Shown here piece after piece: positions 1-8,989 of a DNA stretch of 32,000 nt. Numbering within the stretch: the first letter of the stretch is position 1; every line of letters starts with the position of its first letter. The position numbers and the translations under genes were made by a program. Origin of the DNA: Candidatus Velamenicoccus archaeovorus (GTDB taxonomy: Bacteria > Omnitrophota > Gorgyraeia > Velamenicoccales > Velamenicoccaceae); assembly GCF_004102945.1 (NCBI RefSeq), contig NZ_CP019384.1, forward strand, positions 1,230,001 to 1,262,000, written 5' to 3'. Under the pieces are notes generated by a model. The model saw nothing but the letters and a program-made list of their open reading frames with translations. It did not search any database and was not told the DNA's origin.

Positions 1-146
1 TCATAGATGTCAGGGAAGGCCAGACAGACGCGGACATCGGCCTTTGAAAAGTCCTTCTGCGCGCAGCCGACTTCCCCGCCGATATATCGGGCAGGCTTCA
101 TGACGGACAATAACAGCTCTTTATCGAGTTGAACGGGTTGAGTCAT
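1..146 (-). CDS. Radical SAM protein (TIGR03960-like, B12-binding-domain type), N-terminal fragment; gene continues beyond the window start
   Basis: Reverse-strand ATG at 144-146. My translation is MTQPVQLDKELLLSVMKPARYIGGEVGCAQKDFSKADVRVCLAFPDIYE. The KPxRYxGGE ... FPDxYE pattern is the N-terminus I associate with this radical SAM family. The ORF is missing from the supplied track because it is truncated by the window edge. Confidence 0.6.
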   Translation of the reverse strand, partial: MTQPVQLDKELLLSVMKPARYIGGEVGCAQKDFSKADVRVCLAFPDIY

Positions 147-303
147 ACGGATTTCACTAAAAAGTCAGTCCTTACCGGTTGTCGGTTAAAGGATGAACGA
201 GTTGACGGACACAAGATTACCTTCCAGGTTTGAGCGAGCCGAAGGCGGGTGATTCCTCTTGGCCCTCTCTCCCCAAGGCTCGTCGCGCAGGCCGGTCTTA
301 TAT

Positions 304-474
304 GCACAACCCTCTGATAGGCCGACAATCAGAAATTTTTTGGCACATCATTTCAGTTTTGTCTGCAAGGAGTTGCATTTTTGCTGTAGCGACAATCTTC
401 TATGGAGCGTAACAGCAAAAATGCAAACCGCAGCAGACGGCAAAAAATTTCGTCGGTCTATCAGAGGGTTGTGC
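304..474. repeat. 171-nt near-perfect extended inverted repeat (rod-like hairpin) in the rodA / radical-SAM spacer
   Basis: The outer arms 304-326 and 452-474 are reverse complements over 23 bp, with one G:T position. Further paired segments are 332-344/439-451, 361-366/433-438 and a perfect 15-bp apical stem 373-387/412-426 with a 24-nt loop. Confidence 0.8.
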
Positions 475-511
475 GAATGCCTCGCATGATGTGCGACTAC
501 ACGTTTCACGC

Positions 512-1612
512 CTACTTCTGCCGCGCTATATTTAAGACGATACCGATCGCCGCCATATTAATAACGAGCGACGAGCCGCCGTAACTCATAAAAGGCAAAG
601 GCAGGCCGACGACCGGAGACATGCCGATGTTCATCGCGACATTGATGAAGGCATGGAAAAAGATGAGCGCAGCCACGCCCGCCGCCAGGAGACGGCCGAA
701 GATGTCGCGCGAAAGGGCGGCAACCCTCAGGATCATGATGATGAGGATCGCATACATCACCACAAGAAAAAAACTGCCCAAAAACCCCCACTCCTCCCCC
801 CATACGGAAAAAATGAAATCCGTGTGCCGTTCCGCCAGGAAATTAAGCTGGCTTTGGGTGCCGCTCATCCATCCTTTTCCGAAAAAACGGCCGGAGCCGA
901 TGGCGATCTTCGACTGAATGATCGTGTATCCCGCGCCCAAAGGATCGATATTCGGATTCAAAAACACCAAAAGGCGGGATCTTTGATAGTCTTTCAGCAC
1001 ATGCCAGAAAAGCGGCAAAGAGGCCAAGCCGGCAACAGCCGCGCCTGCCAAATAACGCAGGCGGACCTCGGCCAGGAAAGCGATCGTAGCAAAAATGAAG
1101 AGATAGACGATCGCCGTACCCAGATCGGGCTGCAAAAGGACCAGACCCGTCGGTAGCAGCGTGATGCCGAGCGGCAGAAGCAAGCCCCGAAAGCATCCCA
1201 GCGACTGCGGCTGGGCCTGCAGCTCCTCGCCTGTCTTGATGCTGAAATAGCCGGCCAAGACCAAAATGAGCGCAAACTTCCCTAGCTCCGACGGCTGAAA
1301 AGAGAATTCCCCCAGGGATATCCAGCGTTGGGCGCCCATGATCGCCCTGCCGGAAAAAAGGACATGGGCCAACGTCACCACGCTGACGACATACAAAGGC
1401 ACGCCCCACCCCTTGAACGACCTGTAGTCATGACGTGAAGCCAAAAGCAGAACTCCCCAGCCCACGCCGACCCACAGCAGCTGTTTGACGAAGATATCTT
1501 TTTTGACAAACTCCCCTTTTTGATGGCAGCTCGAAAAAAGGCAAAGGATGCCGAAAAACAAAATCAAAAACACGACGATAACGATGACCTTCTGCGGCCT
1601 GGCCGTCATCAT
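512..1612 (-). CDS. rodA: SEDS-family peptidoglycan glycosyltransferase RodA (elongasome)
   Basis: 366-aa polytopic ORF with SEDS hallmarks (FQPSELGKF, LQPDLGTA, HTDFIFS, PLPFMSYGGSS). ATGA overlap with the mrdA stop. It is the last gene of the mreBCD-mrdA-rodA array. Confidence 0.9.
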   Translation of the reverse strand: MMTARPQKVIVIVVFLILFFGILCLFSSCHQKGEFVKKDIFVKQLLWVGVGWGVLLLASRHDYRSFKGWGVPLYVVSVVTLAHVLFSGRAIMGAQRWISLGEFSFQPSELGKFALILVLAGYFSIKTGEELQAQPQSLGCFRGLLLPLGITLLPTGLVLLQPDLGTAIVYLFIFATIAFLAEVRLRYLAGAAVAGLASLPLFWHVLKDYQRSRLLVFLNPNIDPLGAGYTIIQSKIAIGSGRFFGKGWMSGTQSQLNFLAERHTDFIFSVWGEEWGFLGSFFLVVMYAILIIMILRVAALSRDIFGRLLAAGVAALIFFHAFINVAMNIGMSPVVGLPLPFMSYGGSSLVINMAAIGIVLNIARQK

Positions 1613-3324
1613 GACAGTTTCCCTCTCTTTTGGGCCTCTTCAAACAGGTCGCGCGCCAAGACGCAGGCATAATGGCTGCTGCCGACATTCTCCAGAAGCA
1701 CGCAGAACGCGTAGCGGGGCCGGCTCAGCGGAAAAAATCCGGCCACCCAGCCATGCGACTCTTTTCCGTAAACCTGAGCTGTCCCCGTCTTGGCGCAGAT
1801 CTCAAGGCCGGGGATTTCCAGCACGTGCGCCGTGCCGCTCTCAAGCGACACAGGATAACGCAGGGCCTTGCGCACCATATCCAGATACTCCGGGGATATC
1901 CTGACGGGCTTGGGCGCTGCCACAGAGACTTCCCTGCCCGCAACGGCCTTGGTCACATGGGGAACAGGCAGATATCCTCCGTTGCCGACAGCGGCCATCA
2001 TGCGCGCCAACTGCAGAGGTGTCGTAAGGACAAAACCCTGACCAATGGAAAAGTTTGCCGTGTCGCCGTCATACCAGCCCTCGAACTTCGTCAGGCGCTT
2101 CCAAAGACGACTGGGGATAAAACCCGATGCCTCGTGGGTCAAATCGATCCCTGTCGGCTGCGAAAGACCGAATTCCTGCGCCGTATGCGACAGAAGATCC
2201 GGACCTGCCAACAACCCCAGTTGATAAAAATAAACGTCGCAGGAATGAGCTATGGCGGCATTGAAATCCTGCGCGCCGTGCGTCGACCAGCACTTAAAAA
2301 AACGGTTGCCGATCCTCATCTGGCCCTGGCACACATATGCCGTGACAAGCGAAACACCTTTGTCGGCCTGCAGGGCGGCGGAGGCCGTGACGACCTTAAA
2401 AATGGACCCCGGGGGAAACTGACCGCTCGTCACGCGGTTGAACAACGGCGCATCGTCGCTGGTCAAATAATAATTCATGGCGCGCCGGTCGCTGCGATCC
2501 ACGAACACGTTGGGATCAAAAGCCGGGGCGCTGCTGAGCACCAGCACCTCCCCTGTCTGGGCGTCCATGACGATCACGGCGCCCTTTTTACCCTGAAGGA
2601 GGTTGTCCGCGATCTGCTGAAGCTCCAGATCGATCGTCAACGTCACATCTTCGCCGGCCACGGGCGGTTTATACCCCAGAAGCCTGACCTGGCGGCCCCT
2701 ATTGTCCACCTCGATCTGGCGTCCGCCTTTCTGGCCCCGCATATAGATGTCCAAGCGCTCCTCAACGCCGCTGTATCCGACGTTATCCTTGATGTCATAG
2801 CCGTAATCCTTGAGGCGCGTGATGCGGCTTTTGTCGATCTCGCCCAGATAGCCCAGCACATGGGCCGCCGTCGTGCCGAAAGGATAATGCCGGCGGCTGT
2901 TGAGCTCGACGGCGACGCCCCGCAGGTCCAGCTTTTTCTCTTCCAGCATGATGGCCGTCGATTTGGGGATCCCTTCGGCGATGACGACGGGCGTAAAAGG
3001 ATTAAGATAGCCCCTGGCATAACGTTCCTCGATTTCCGAAGGATCCAAAGACAGGATAGGCGCCAGACGGCTGAACACATCGTTTTTGTCTTTCAGCTCC
3101 TGCGGCATGATGACGGCGTCGAACGACAACACGTTGTCCACGATCACCTGTTGATGACGATCCAGGATACGGCCCCTGTAAGGTTCCTCAGGGATAAGGC
3201 GGATGGTATTGCGCAGACTCAACTCATAATAGCGGCCGCCGCCGATCAGCTGAACGACCAAGAGGCCGCAGAGCAAAAGAAAAAAACAAACCAAAAGCGT
3301 TATTCCGTAGATTCGGGTTCGCAT
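1609..3324 (-). CDS. mrdA: Class B penicillin-binding protein 2 (elongasome transpeptidase)
   Basis: 571-aa ORF with an N-terminal membrane anchor and transpeptidase motifs SxxK (GSIFKVV), SxD/N (HSCDV) and KTG (AKTGTAQV). It sits between mreD and rodA. Confidence 0.9.
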   Translation of the reverse strand: MRTRIYGITLLVCFFLLLCGLLVVQLIGGGRYYELSLRNTIRLIPEEPYRGRILDRHQQVIVDNVLSFDAVIMPQELKDKNDVFSRLAPILSLDPSEIEERYARGYLNPFTPVVIAEGIPKSTAIMLEEKKLDLRGVAVELNSRRHYPFGTTAAHVLGYLGEIDKSRITRLKDYGYDIKDNVGYSGVEERLDIYMRGQKGGRQIEVDNRGRQVRLLGYKPPVAGEDVTLTIDLELQQIADNLLQGKKGAVIVMDAQTGEVLVLSSAPAFDPNVFVDRSDRRAMNYYLTSDDAPLFNRVTSGQFPPGSIFKVVTASAALQADKGVSLVTAYVCQGQMRIGNRFFKCWSTHGAQDFNAAIAHSCDVYFYQLGLLAGPDLLSHTAQEFGLSQPTGIDLTHEASGFIPSRLWKRLTKFEGWYDGDTANFSIGQGFVLTTPLQLARMMAAVGNGGYLPVPHVTKAVAGREVSVAAPKPVRISPEYLDMVRKALRYPVSLESGTAHVLEIPGLEICAKTGTAQVYGKESHGWVAGFFPLSRPRYAFCVLLENVGSSHYACVLARDLFEEAQKRGKLS

Positions 3325-3785
3325 TTTTTAAAAAAGAGGAGAAATGGATAGCCCAGGAGCGTCGTGCCGAGCGCCTGCAGGAAGGTCCGGCCGAAAAAAC
3401 GGGCATATGACACCAAAGGGCCTGCGCCCAGAAAAGGACGCAGGATAAAAACCAGGTGGTTATTCAAAAGCTGGCCCGCAAAAACCACGGGAAAGACAAT
3501 CTTCCAGTTGTGGCGATACAGAACGCGGACCAGGAAGGCCACGCCGAAAACCGTCAGGACGTAGGACATCATATAGACACCGAAGACATCTGTCCCGAAA
3601 GCGTCCCTCCAGAAACCGCACCACAAGGCGTAACCCACGCAGCCCCGGGCGTCGAAATGATGCAAAAAAGTATAGACCATGGCGGCGGCCAACAAAGGAT
3701 CAGACAACAGCCAGGGCAGGCACAGAAAACGATGCCATGCGAATTCCGCCAGGACCAAGACAGGAATGACAAGAAATTTAATCAT
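3300..3785 (-). CDS. mreD: Rod shape-determining protein MreD
   Basis: 161-aa very hydrophobic ORF that overlaps the mreC stop by 8 nt and the mrdA start by 25 nt. Size and position are typical of MreD. Confidence 0.75.
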   Translation of the reverse strand: MIKFLVIPVLVLAEFAWHRFLCLPWLLSDPLLAAAMVYTFLHHFDARGCVGYALWCGFWRDAFGTDVFGVYMMSYVLTVFGVAFLVRVLYRHNWKIVFPVVFAGQLLNNHLVFILRPFLGAGPLVSYARFFGRTFLQALGTTLLGYPFLLFFKKCEPESTE

Positions 3786-4575
3786 GTTTGAAAGACGTGA
3801 CGATGAGCACCTCGTCCAGGCAGGAAAGGTTCAGGACGGGCTCGATGACCGCAAACTTACTCAGACCGCTGGACTCCATGCCGACCATCTTGACGCGGCC
3901 GATCGGGATGCCGGCCGGGTATGTCATATTCAGGCCGCTTGTCACGATAAGGTCTCCCTCGACCACATCGCTGTTCACATCCAAGAAGCGCAGCTTGCAT
4001 TTGCCGTCCAGGCTTCCGGAAACCAGCCCCTGTTCGCCGCTGCGCGCGTCTTTCGCGGGTACCGACAGATCGGGGTCGTTTAAGAGGATGACCTTACAGG
4101 AGAATTGCCCGGTCTCAAGGACCTTGCCTACCAGCCCGGCGGCGGTTATGACCGGCGCATACGTCTTGACACCTGCCGCCCGCCCCTTGTCTAAGACAAG
4201 ATAAGACCGGAAAACGCCGAAATCGCGTCCGATAACGGATGCGGGGGTCGTCTCATAATCGAGCTTCTGCCGCAGATCCAGCAAGTCGCGCAGGCGCGTA
4301 TTTTCCTTGCGAAGCTCTTCGGATTCGAGCAATGCCTTTTTGAGACCGCCGTTCTCACGGACAAGTTTTTTGCCGTCCCAATAACTTTTATGGAAAAGCA
4401 ACAACGCCCTGGCCTCCTGGCCTGCGGCATCCAAAGCCATGAGAGGAAGCTTGGCCGCGTCCGAAAAGATCTGACGCATCACATAAGGCGAATGGCGGAA
4501 CGAGAGAAAAACAAGAAGGGACAGAAGGACGACGATGAAGAAATAGCCTATGAACTTTCTATTGGCGAGAAACAC
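3778..4575 (-). CDS. mreC: Rod shape-determining protein MreC
   Basis: 265-aa ORF with a GTG start (plus-strand cac at 4573-4575). It has an N-terminal TM segment, a coiled-coil stretch (LLESEELRKENTRLRDLLDLRQKL) and a beta-rich C-terminal part (VITAAGLVGKV, YPAGIPIGRV). It lies directly after mreB. Confidence 0.85.
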   Translation of the reverse strand: MFLANRKFIGYFFIVVLLSLLVFLSFRHSPYVMRQIFSDAAKLPLMALDAAGQEARALLLFHKSYWDGKKLVRENGGLKKALLESEELRKENTRLRDLLDLRQKLDYETTPASVIGRDFGVFRSYLVLDKGRAAGVKTYAPVITAAGLVGKVLETGQFSCKVILLNDPDLSVPAKDARSGEQGLVSGSLDGKCKLRFLDVNSDVVEGDLIVTSGLNMTYPAGIPIGRVKMVGMESSGLSKFAVIEPVLNLSCLDEVLIVTSFKHD

Positions 4576-4593
4576 ATCCGTGTCAACGTTACA

Positions 4594-4622
4594 GCGGGAG
4601 AGATCAAACGGTCTCTGCCCGC
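4594..4622 (-). terminator. Intercistronic hairpin between mreB and mreC (possible partial terminator or mRNA-stabilising stem)
   Basis: gcgggagaga (4594-4603) pairs with tctct(g)cccgc (4612-4622), giving a 10-bp GC-rich stem with one bulge and an 8-nt loop. On the minus strand it is followed by tgtaacgtt, which is only weakly U-rich. Confidence 0.3.
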
Positions 4623-4636
4623 TTCAGGGACGGCAT

Positions 4637-5719
4637 TTATAAGGCGCTTTCCGTCTTGGTCACGACGGTCACGTCGCGCAAGTAGCGGCTCTCAAGCTCA
4701 AGGATTTTGCCTGTTCCCTGGGCCACGGCTGTCACAGGATCGTCGGCGATATGGACGGGAAGGCCCGTCTCTTCGGCGATCAGGCGGTCCAGGCCGCGCA
4801 ATTGAGACCCGCCTCCGGCCAGGACAATACCGCGATCGATCAGATCGGCCGCCAGCTCTGGCGGCGTCCTCTCGAGCGCGATCTTTGCCGAATCCACGAT
4901 CGCCCTCACGGGCTCGGCGATCGCATCCCTCACCTCTTCGGACGTGATCGTCACCATCTTCGGCAACCCCGCGACAAGGTCGCGGCCGCGGACCTCAAGG
5001 CTCAACTCTTCTTCCAGGGGATACGCCGAACCGATCTTTATCTTGATCTCTTCAGCCGTGCGCTCACCGATCATCAGGTTATAATTTTTTTTGAGATATT
5101 CCACGACCGCCGTGTCCAGCTCATCTCCGGCGATCCTGATGGACTTCGAAAAGACGATGCCCGACAGCGAGATCACGGCCACCTCGGTCGTTCCCCCGCC
5201 GATGTCCACGATCATGTTGCCTGCCGGCTCATGAATAGGCAGGCCCACGCCGATGGCCGCCGCCAGAGGCTCCTCGACCAAATGGACCTCCCTGGCGCCG
5301 GCGCGCAGAGCCGAATCTTTGACAGCCCGACGCTCGACCTCGGTGATGCCGGAAGGAATTGCGATCACCATGCGCGGAGAAACCAGCACGCGGCGGCGAT
5401 GGATCTTCTTGATGAAATACCGCAGCATCGCCTCGGTGATATCGAAATCTGCTATGACGCCGTCCTTCATGGGTCTGATGGCCAGGATATTTCCTGGCGT
5501 ACGGCCCAACATCTTCTTGGCCTCATCACCAACCGCCAGGACGCGGTTAACAGTAGCTCCCTTCTTGAGGGCCACAACCGACGGCTCGCACAAAACGATC
5601 CCTTCGTTCTTCACATACACAAGGGTCGTAGCCGTCCCCAAATCGATGCCCATATCATTGGAAAACAAACCAGATACGTAATTAAACGTCCTCTTGGGTA
5701 ATTTGGATAATTGTGTCAT
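4637..5719 (-). CDS. mreB: Actin-like rod shape protein MreB
   Basis: 360-aa ORF with actin-fold motifs ([48 protein letters not shown]). Confidence 0.95.
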   Translation of the reverse strand: MTQLSKLPKRTFNYVSGLFSNDMGIDLGTATTLVYVKNEGIVLCEPSVVALKKGATVNRVLAVGDEAKKMLGRTPGNILAIRPMKDGVIADFDITEAMLRYFIKKIHRRRVLVSPRMVIAIPSGITEVERRAVKDSALRAGAREVHLVEEPLAAAIGVGLPIHEPAGNMIVDIGGGTTEVAVISLSGIVFSKSIRIAGDELDTAVVEYLKKNYNLMIGERTAEEIKIKIGSAYPLEEELSLEVRGRDLVAGLPKMVTITSEEVRDAIAEPVRAIVDSAKIALERTPPELAADLIDRGIVLAGGGSQLRGLDRLIAEETGLPVHIADDPVTAVAQGTGKILELESRYLRDVTVVTKTESAL

Positions 5720-5755
5720 GTTTAATAGGGTTGGTGGTTTGGGTCGATTTTTTAA

Positions 5756-5784
5756 ATATTAACAGAGGCGACAGGGGCTGTCAA
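5756..5784 (-). promoter_or_regulatory. Sigma70-type promoter for the mreBCD-mrdA-rodA operon
   Basis: The minus strand reads TTGACA (5784-5779), a 17-nt spacer, then TAATAT (5761-5756). This lies about 37 nt upstream of the mreB ATG. The -35 box is consensus and the -10 box matches 4 of 6. Confidence 0.55.
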
Positions 5785-5852
5785 TAAATATTTCCCCCAC
5801 AAGACCCAGCGAAAATCCTGCCCAAAATCCTCTGTAACAGGAATCAAACTTC

Positions 5853-7157
5853 TTATCTGGCAATCAGATGTTTAAATACGCTGAAATATTCCGGAAAAGA
5901 CTTACCGACGCACGCAGGATCGTCCAGGGAAGAGACTCCGGAGGCAGCCAAAGCCGCCACATACATGCTCATGGCTGTTCTGTGATCGCCAAAACTCCTG
6001 AAATGTGCCCCTTTAATTCCGCCTGACCCTGTAATCACGATATCTTCTCTGCCTGCAGCGACTTTCGTGCCAATCTTAACGCCCGCCCTTTTAAGATTCC
6101 AGCTCATGGACCGAATGCGGTCCGTCTCTTTGACGCGCAGCTCTCCCGCCCCTTCAATGACAGTCCGGCCTTCGGCCAAAGAAGCAGCAACCATAAGGAC
6201 AGGCAATTCATCGATCAGGCTCGGTATCTCCGCAGACCTGATCCTCGTTCCGCAAAGCCTGCTGAAACGGATATCCAGGTCTGCCGCCGGCTCATAGCCC
6301 TTCTGTCTGGAGACGAGACGGATACGCCCTCCCATCCTCTGCAAAACCCGGATAGCACCTGTGCGCGTAGGATTGACACCCACGTGCTTTAAGACAAGGC
6401 GCGACCCTTTAAGCACTAACGCAGCTACGATAAAAAATGCGGCGCTCGAAATATCGCCAGGCACAATCACAAAACCCGGAGAGGTCAATTCTCCCCCCTT
6501 GACCACGATGCCGCCACCGGACATGCGAAGATCGGCCCCGAAAAATCTCAGCATCCGTTCGGTATGATCCCGTGTCATCACGGCCTCATGGACGCATGTT
6601 TCTCCCTGGGCAAATAATCCTGCCAAAAGAAGCGCCGACTTAACCTGGGCGCTGGCCACTTCCTGTCTCCAACATATGCCGTGAAGAACAGACGGCCGGA
6701 TCGAGACCGGCAGATAATCTTTCCCTCCTTTACGACGGGCCTGGATCCCGGCCCCCATCAAGCTTAAAGGCTTGATGACACGCGCCATCGGCCGCTTCAA
6801 AAGCGAAGGCGCGCCTGTCAGGCGTGAAGCAAACCCCTGACCTGCCAAAAGCCCCATAAGCATGCGCGCGCTCGTCCCGGATTCGTTCATGTTCAAGGAA
6901 CCCATCGGCGGACACAACACACCAGAGGAATCGATGACCACGCGATGCTCGCGCCTGAATATCCTGACGCCGACCCCCATGGCCTTTAAGGCACTCAAGG
7001 TCACAAGACAATCGTCGGAAAAAAGGAACCGGCGGATCTCCGTCCTTCCCTTGGCGAGAGACGACAGGATCGCCGCGCGGTGGGAAATAGACTTGTCTCC
7101 GGGAAGCTCTGCGGTCCCGTGGATCGCCTTACAAGGTTTGATGATCATGGTTTTCAT
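5853..7157 (-). CDS. aroA: 3-phosphoshikimate 1-carboxyvinyltransferase (EPSP synthase)
   Basis: 434-aa ORF. The N-terminal pattern MKTMIIKPCKAIHGTAELPGDKSISHRA matches the EPSP synthase LPGSKSxSxRA signature, and the protein has two-domain length. Confidence 0.9.
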   Translation of the reverse strand: MKTMIIKPCKAIHGTAELPGDKSISHRAAILSSLAKGRTEIRRFLFSDDCLVTLSALKAMGVGVRIFRREHRVVIDSSGVLCPPMGSLNMNESGTSARMLMGLLAGQGFASRLTGAPSLLKRPMARVIKPLSLMGAGIQARRKGGKDYLPVSIRPSVLHGICWRQEVASAQVKSALLLAGLFAQGETCVHEAVMTRDHTERMLRFFGADLRMSGGGIVVKGGELTSPGFVIVPGDISSAAFFIVAALVLKGSRLVLKHVGVNPTRTGAIRVLQRMGGRIRLVSRQKGYEPAADLDIRFSRLCGTRIRSAEIPSLIDELPVLMVAASLAEGRTVIEGAGELRVKETDRIRSMSWNLKRAGVKIGTKVAAGREDIVITGSGGIKGAHFRSFGDHRTAMSMYVAALAASGVSSLDDPACVGKSFPEYFSVFKHLIAR

Positions 7158-7166
7158 TGAGCTAGA

Positions 7167-7196
7167 ATTATAACACGAAAAAGGACGGCCAGTCTA
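7167..7196 (-). promoter_or_regulatory. Candidate aroA promoter (TAGACT-18-TATAAT) implying a near-leaderless transcript
   Basis: A perfect TATAAT lies on the minus strand (plus attata, 7167-7172) only 9 nt upstream of the aroA ATG, and no Shine-Dalgarno sequence is visible. The best -35 is TAGACT (7191-7196) with an 18-nt spacer. Confidence 0.3.
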
Positions 7197-7280
7197 TATC
7201 TAGTAGAAAAGGGCAAAACACGCATCACAGATAACAGAAAACAGCGCACAGATGACAGACAATGACGCCAAGGAAAGACC

Positions 7281-7309
7281 ATAAAAACAGGATCTGCCGG
7301 CACCAGACC
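7281..7309 (-). terminator. Candidate intrinsic terminator after rluD
   Basis: The minus-strand RNA reads GGUCUG-GUGCCGG-CAGA(U)CC, a 6-bp stem with one bulge. It is followed directly by UGUUUUUAU and starts 4 nt after the rluD stop. Confidence 0.4.
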
Positions 7310-7312
7310 GCG

Positions 7313-8218
7313 CTAGTCGACCTTCAAGCCGGGCATGGCTTTTTTCATTTCCGGGGGCAAAGGGGAAGAGAACTCGACGGGCTCTTTTGTTGCCGGATGC
7401 TCGAAACCGAGATCTTTGGCATGCAGGGCCAGGCGGGAGAAATTCTTTTTGCGGCCGTAAACGGTGTCACCAAGGATAGGGTGCCCCAGGTAGGACATGT
7501 GCACACGCAATTGGTGCGTCCGGCCCGTTTCCGGGAGAAGCTCGACGGCCGTATAATCCTTGAACCGCCCCAGCACACGATAGAAGGTGCGGGCCTCCTT
7601 GGCCTCATCGGAAAAACTGACGGACATCTTCTGGCGGTCAATGGCATGCCGCTTGAGGGGCACGTCGACGATGCCTTCGTCAAAAGGAACGCTGCCTTCC
7701 ACAAGGGCGATGTAGCGCCGGCGGATCGAATGCTTCTTGAACTGCCTGACCAGATTCAGATGCGCCTGATTGTTTTTCGCCGCAACCATGACGCCGGACG
7801 TTTCCTTGTCGAGGCGATGCACGATGCCGGGCCGTTCCTTGCTGATGCTTGAAAGTTCACCGCAATGGTACAAGAGGGCATGGACCAATGTATGGGTTTC
7901 CTGACCAGCGCCGGGATGCACGACCATGCCCGTCGGTTTATTGATCACAATGACATCGTTGTCTTCATAGAGAATATCCAGCGGAATGTCTTGGCCCAGG
8001 ATCTGTGTCTGCTGAACTTGCGGCGTCTCCCACGAAAGTTCATCCCTGGCCTTGAGCCGGTAATGCGGCTTGGCGGCCTGACCGTTGACAAAAACCTTCC
8101 CCTTAAGGATCCAGTCTTTGATAAAAGTCCTGGAGAAATCAGGCTCGGATTTTGCCAGAAAAATATCCAGCCGTGTATTCACGGCCTCTTCCGAGATCGC
8201 TGCCTGTTTCAGGGTCAT
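7313..8218 (-). CDS. rluD: 23S rRNA pseudouridine synthase, RluA/RluD family
   Basis: 301-aa ORF with an S4-like N-terminal region (RLDIFLAK...) and the catalytic motif HRLDKETSGVMV. Position downstream of lspA is as in many bacteria. Confidence 0.85.
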   Translation of the reverse strand: MTLKQAAISEEAVNTRLDIFLAKSEPDFSRTFIKDWILKGKVFVNGQAAKPHYRLKARDELSWETPQVQQTQILGQDIPLDILYEDNDVIVINKPTGMVVHPGAGQETHTLVHALLYHCGELSSISKERPGIVHRLDKETSGVMVAAKNNQAHLNLVRQFKKHSIRRRYIALVEGSVPFDEGIVDVPLKRHAIDRQKMSVSFSDEAKEARTFYRVLGRFKDYTAVELLPETGRTHQLRVHMSYLGHPILGDTVYGRKKNFSRLALHAKDLGFEHPATKEPVEFSSPLPPEMKKAMPGLKVD

Positions 8219-8242
8219 ATGCCCTCCCCTTGGCGGGACTTG

Positions 8243-8989
8243 TCATGCATTTTTTGTCGAAGGCTTTTTATGCCTGGCAAAAGCCAACGTATACACAAGG
8301 ATACCCGCGGTCGCAAGACCCAGGCTTATCCACTGGTAAATGCTTAAACCGCTGTAGAAAGGCCTCTCATCCCCACGCAGGAATTCCATAAGAAATCGCT
8401 GGAGGGCCGCCAGAAACAGATAGAGACCGAACAGCTGTCCCGGCTTCTGCCCCCGGATAAGCCGCAAGGCCGCATAGACGAAAAGAAGACTCAGGGCATC
8501 GACGATCTGGGAAGGAAAAAGCACGCGGCCGTGGGCAGGAAAAAAAAGACCATGCACGGACGGTTTGCCGTAACAACAGCCGTTAAAAAAACAGCCGATG
8601 CGGCCGATGGCCTGCGCCAGAGCCAGATACGGCGCGCAAAGATCGGCCACGGCGGGAATCGAGAGATGTTTTTTCTTCAAAAATAAAACACCACACAGCA
8701 TCGCTCCTATCAAGCCGCCGTACCATACCAGGCCGCCGTGATACAACCTAACGACTTCCAGGGGATCCGGCGAGAATTCGCTCCAGTTGAGGACAACGTA
8801 AAAAATGCGCGCGCTCAGGATCCCGCACACCAACGTAAAAATCAAAAAATTTCCGATGACTTCAGGATCGAAACCCAGACGCGCCGCCTGACGCGTCACT
8901 AACCATGTCGCCACAAGAAACGCGATCGCCACGAAAACGCCGTAGGTATAGATCGTGAATAACCGGCAGCTATAGATGACTGGAGCCAT
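8243..8989 (-). CDS. lgt: Prolipoprotein diacylglyceryl transferase
   Basis: 248-aa polytopic ORF with Lgt-like motifs (YGVFVAIAFL, YHGGLVWYGGLIG, GRIGCFFNGCCYG). Confidence 0.85.
   Translation of the reverse strand: MAPVIYSCRLFTIYTYGVFVAIAFLVATWLVTRQAARLGFDPEVIGNFLIFTLVCGILSARIFYVVLNWSEFSPDPLEVVRLYHGGLVWYGGLIGAMLCGVLFLKKKHLSIPAVADLCAPYLALAQAIGRIGCFFNGCCYGKPSVHGLFFPAHGRVLFPSQIVDALSLLFVYAALRLIRGQKPGQLFGLYLFLAALQRFLMEFLRGDERPFYSGLSIYQWISLGLATAGILVYTLAFARHKKPSTKNA

Noticed and set aside
143-584. Small ORFs in the rodA / radical-SAM spacer (143-328 minus; 230-412, 259-489 and 402-584 plus).
   Set aside because: They overlap one another, the big inverted repeat and the ends of real genes. They have no ribosome-binding sites and give low-complexity translations. 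The region is better explained as structured non-coding DNA.
1630-3351. Very long plus-strand ORFs antisense to real genes. Examples are 1630-3351 (573 aa), 10925-12196 (423 aa), 27084-28319 (411 aa), 16399-17490 (363 aa), 24652-25644, 25965-26951, 23690-24661 and 4751-5701.
   Set aside because: Each lies entirely opposite a confidently identified, motif-bearing minus-strand gene. Their translations are low-complexity R/D/H/Q/G-rich strings with no recognisable motifs. Stop-free antisense frames are expected opposite genes with this GC content and codon bias.
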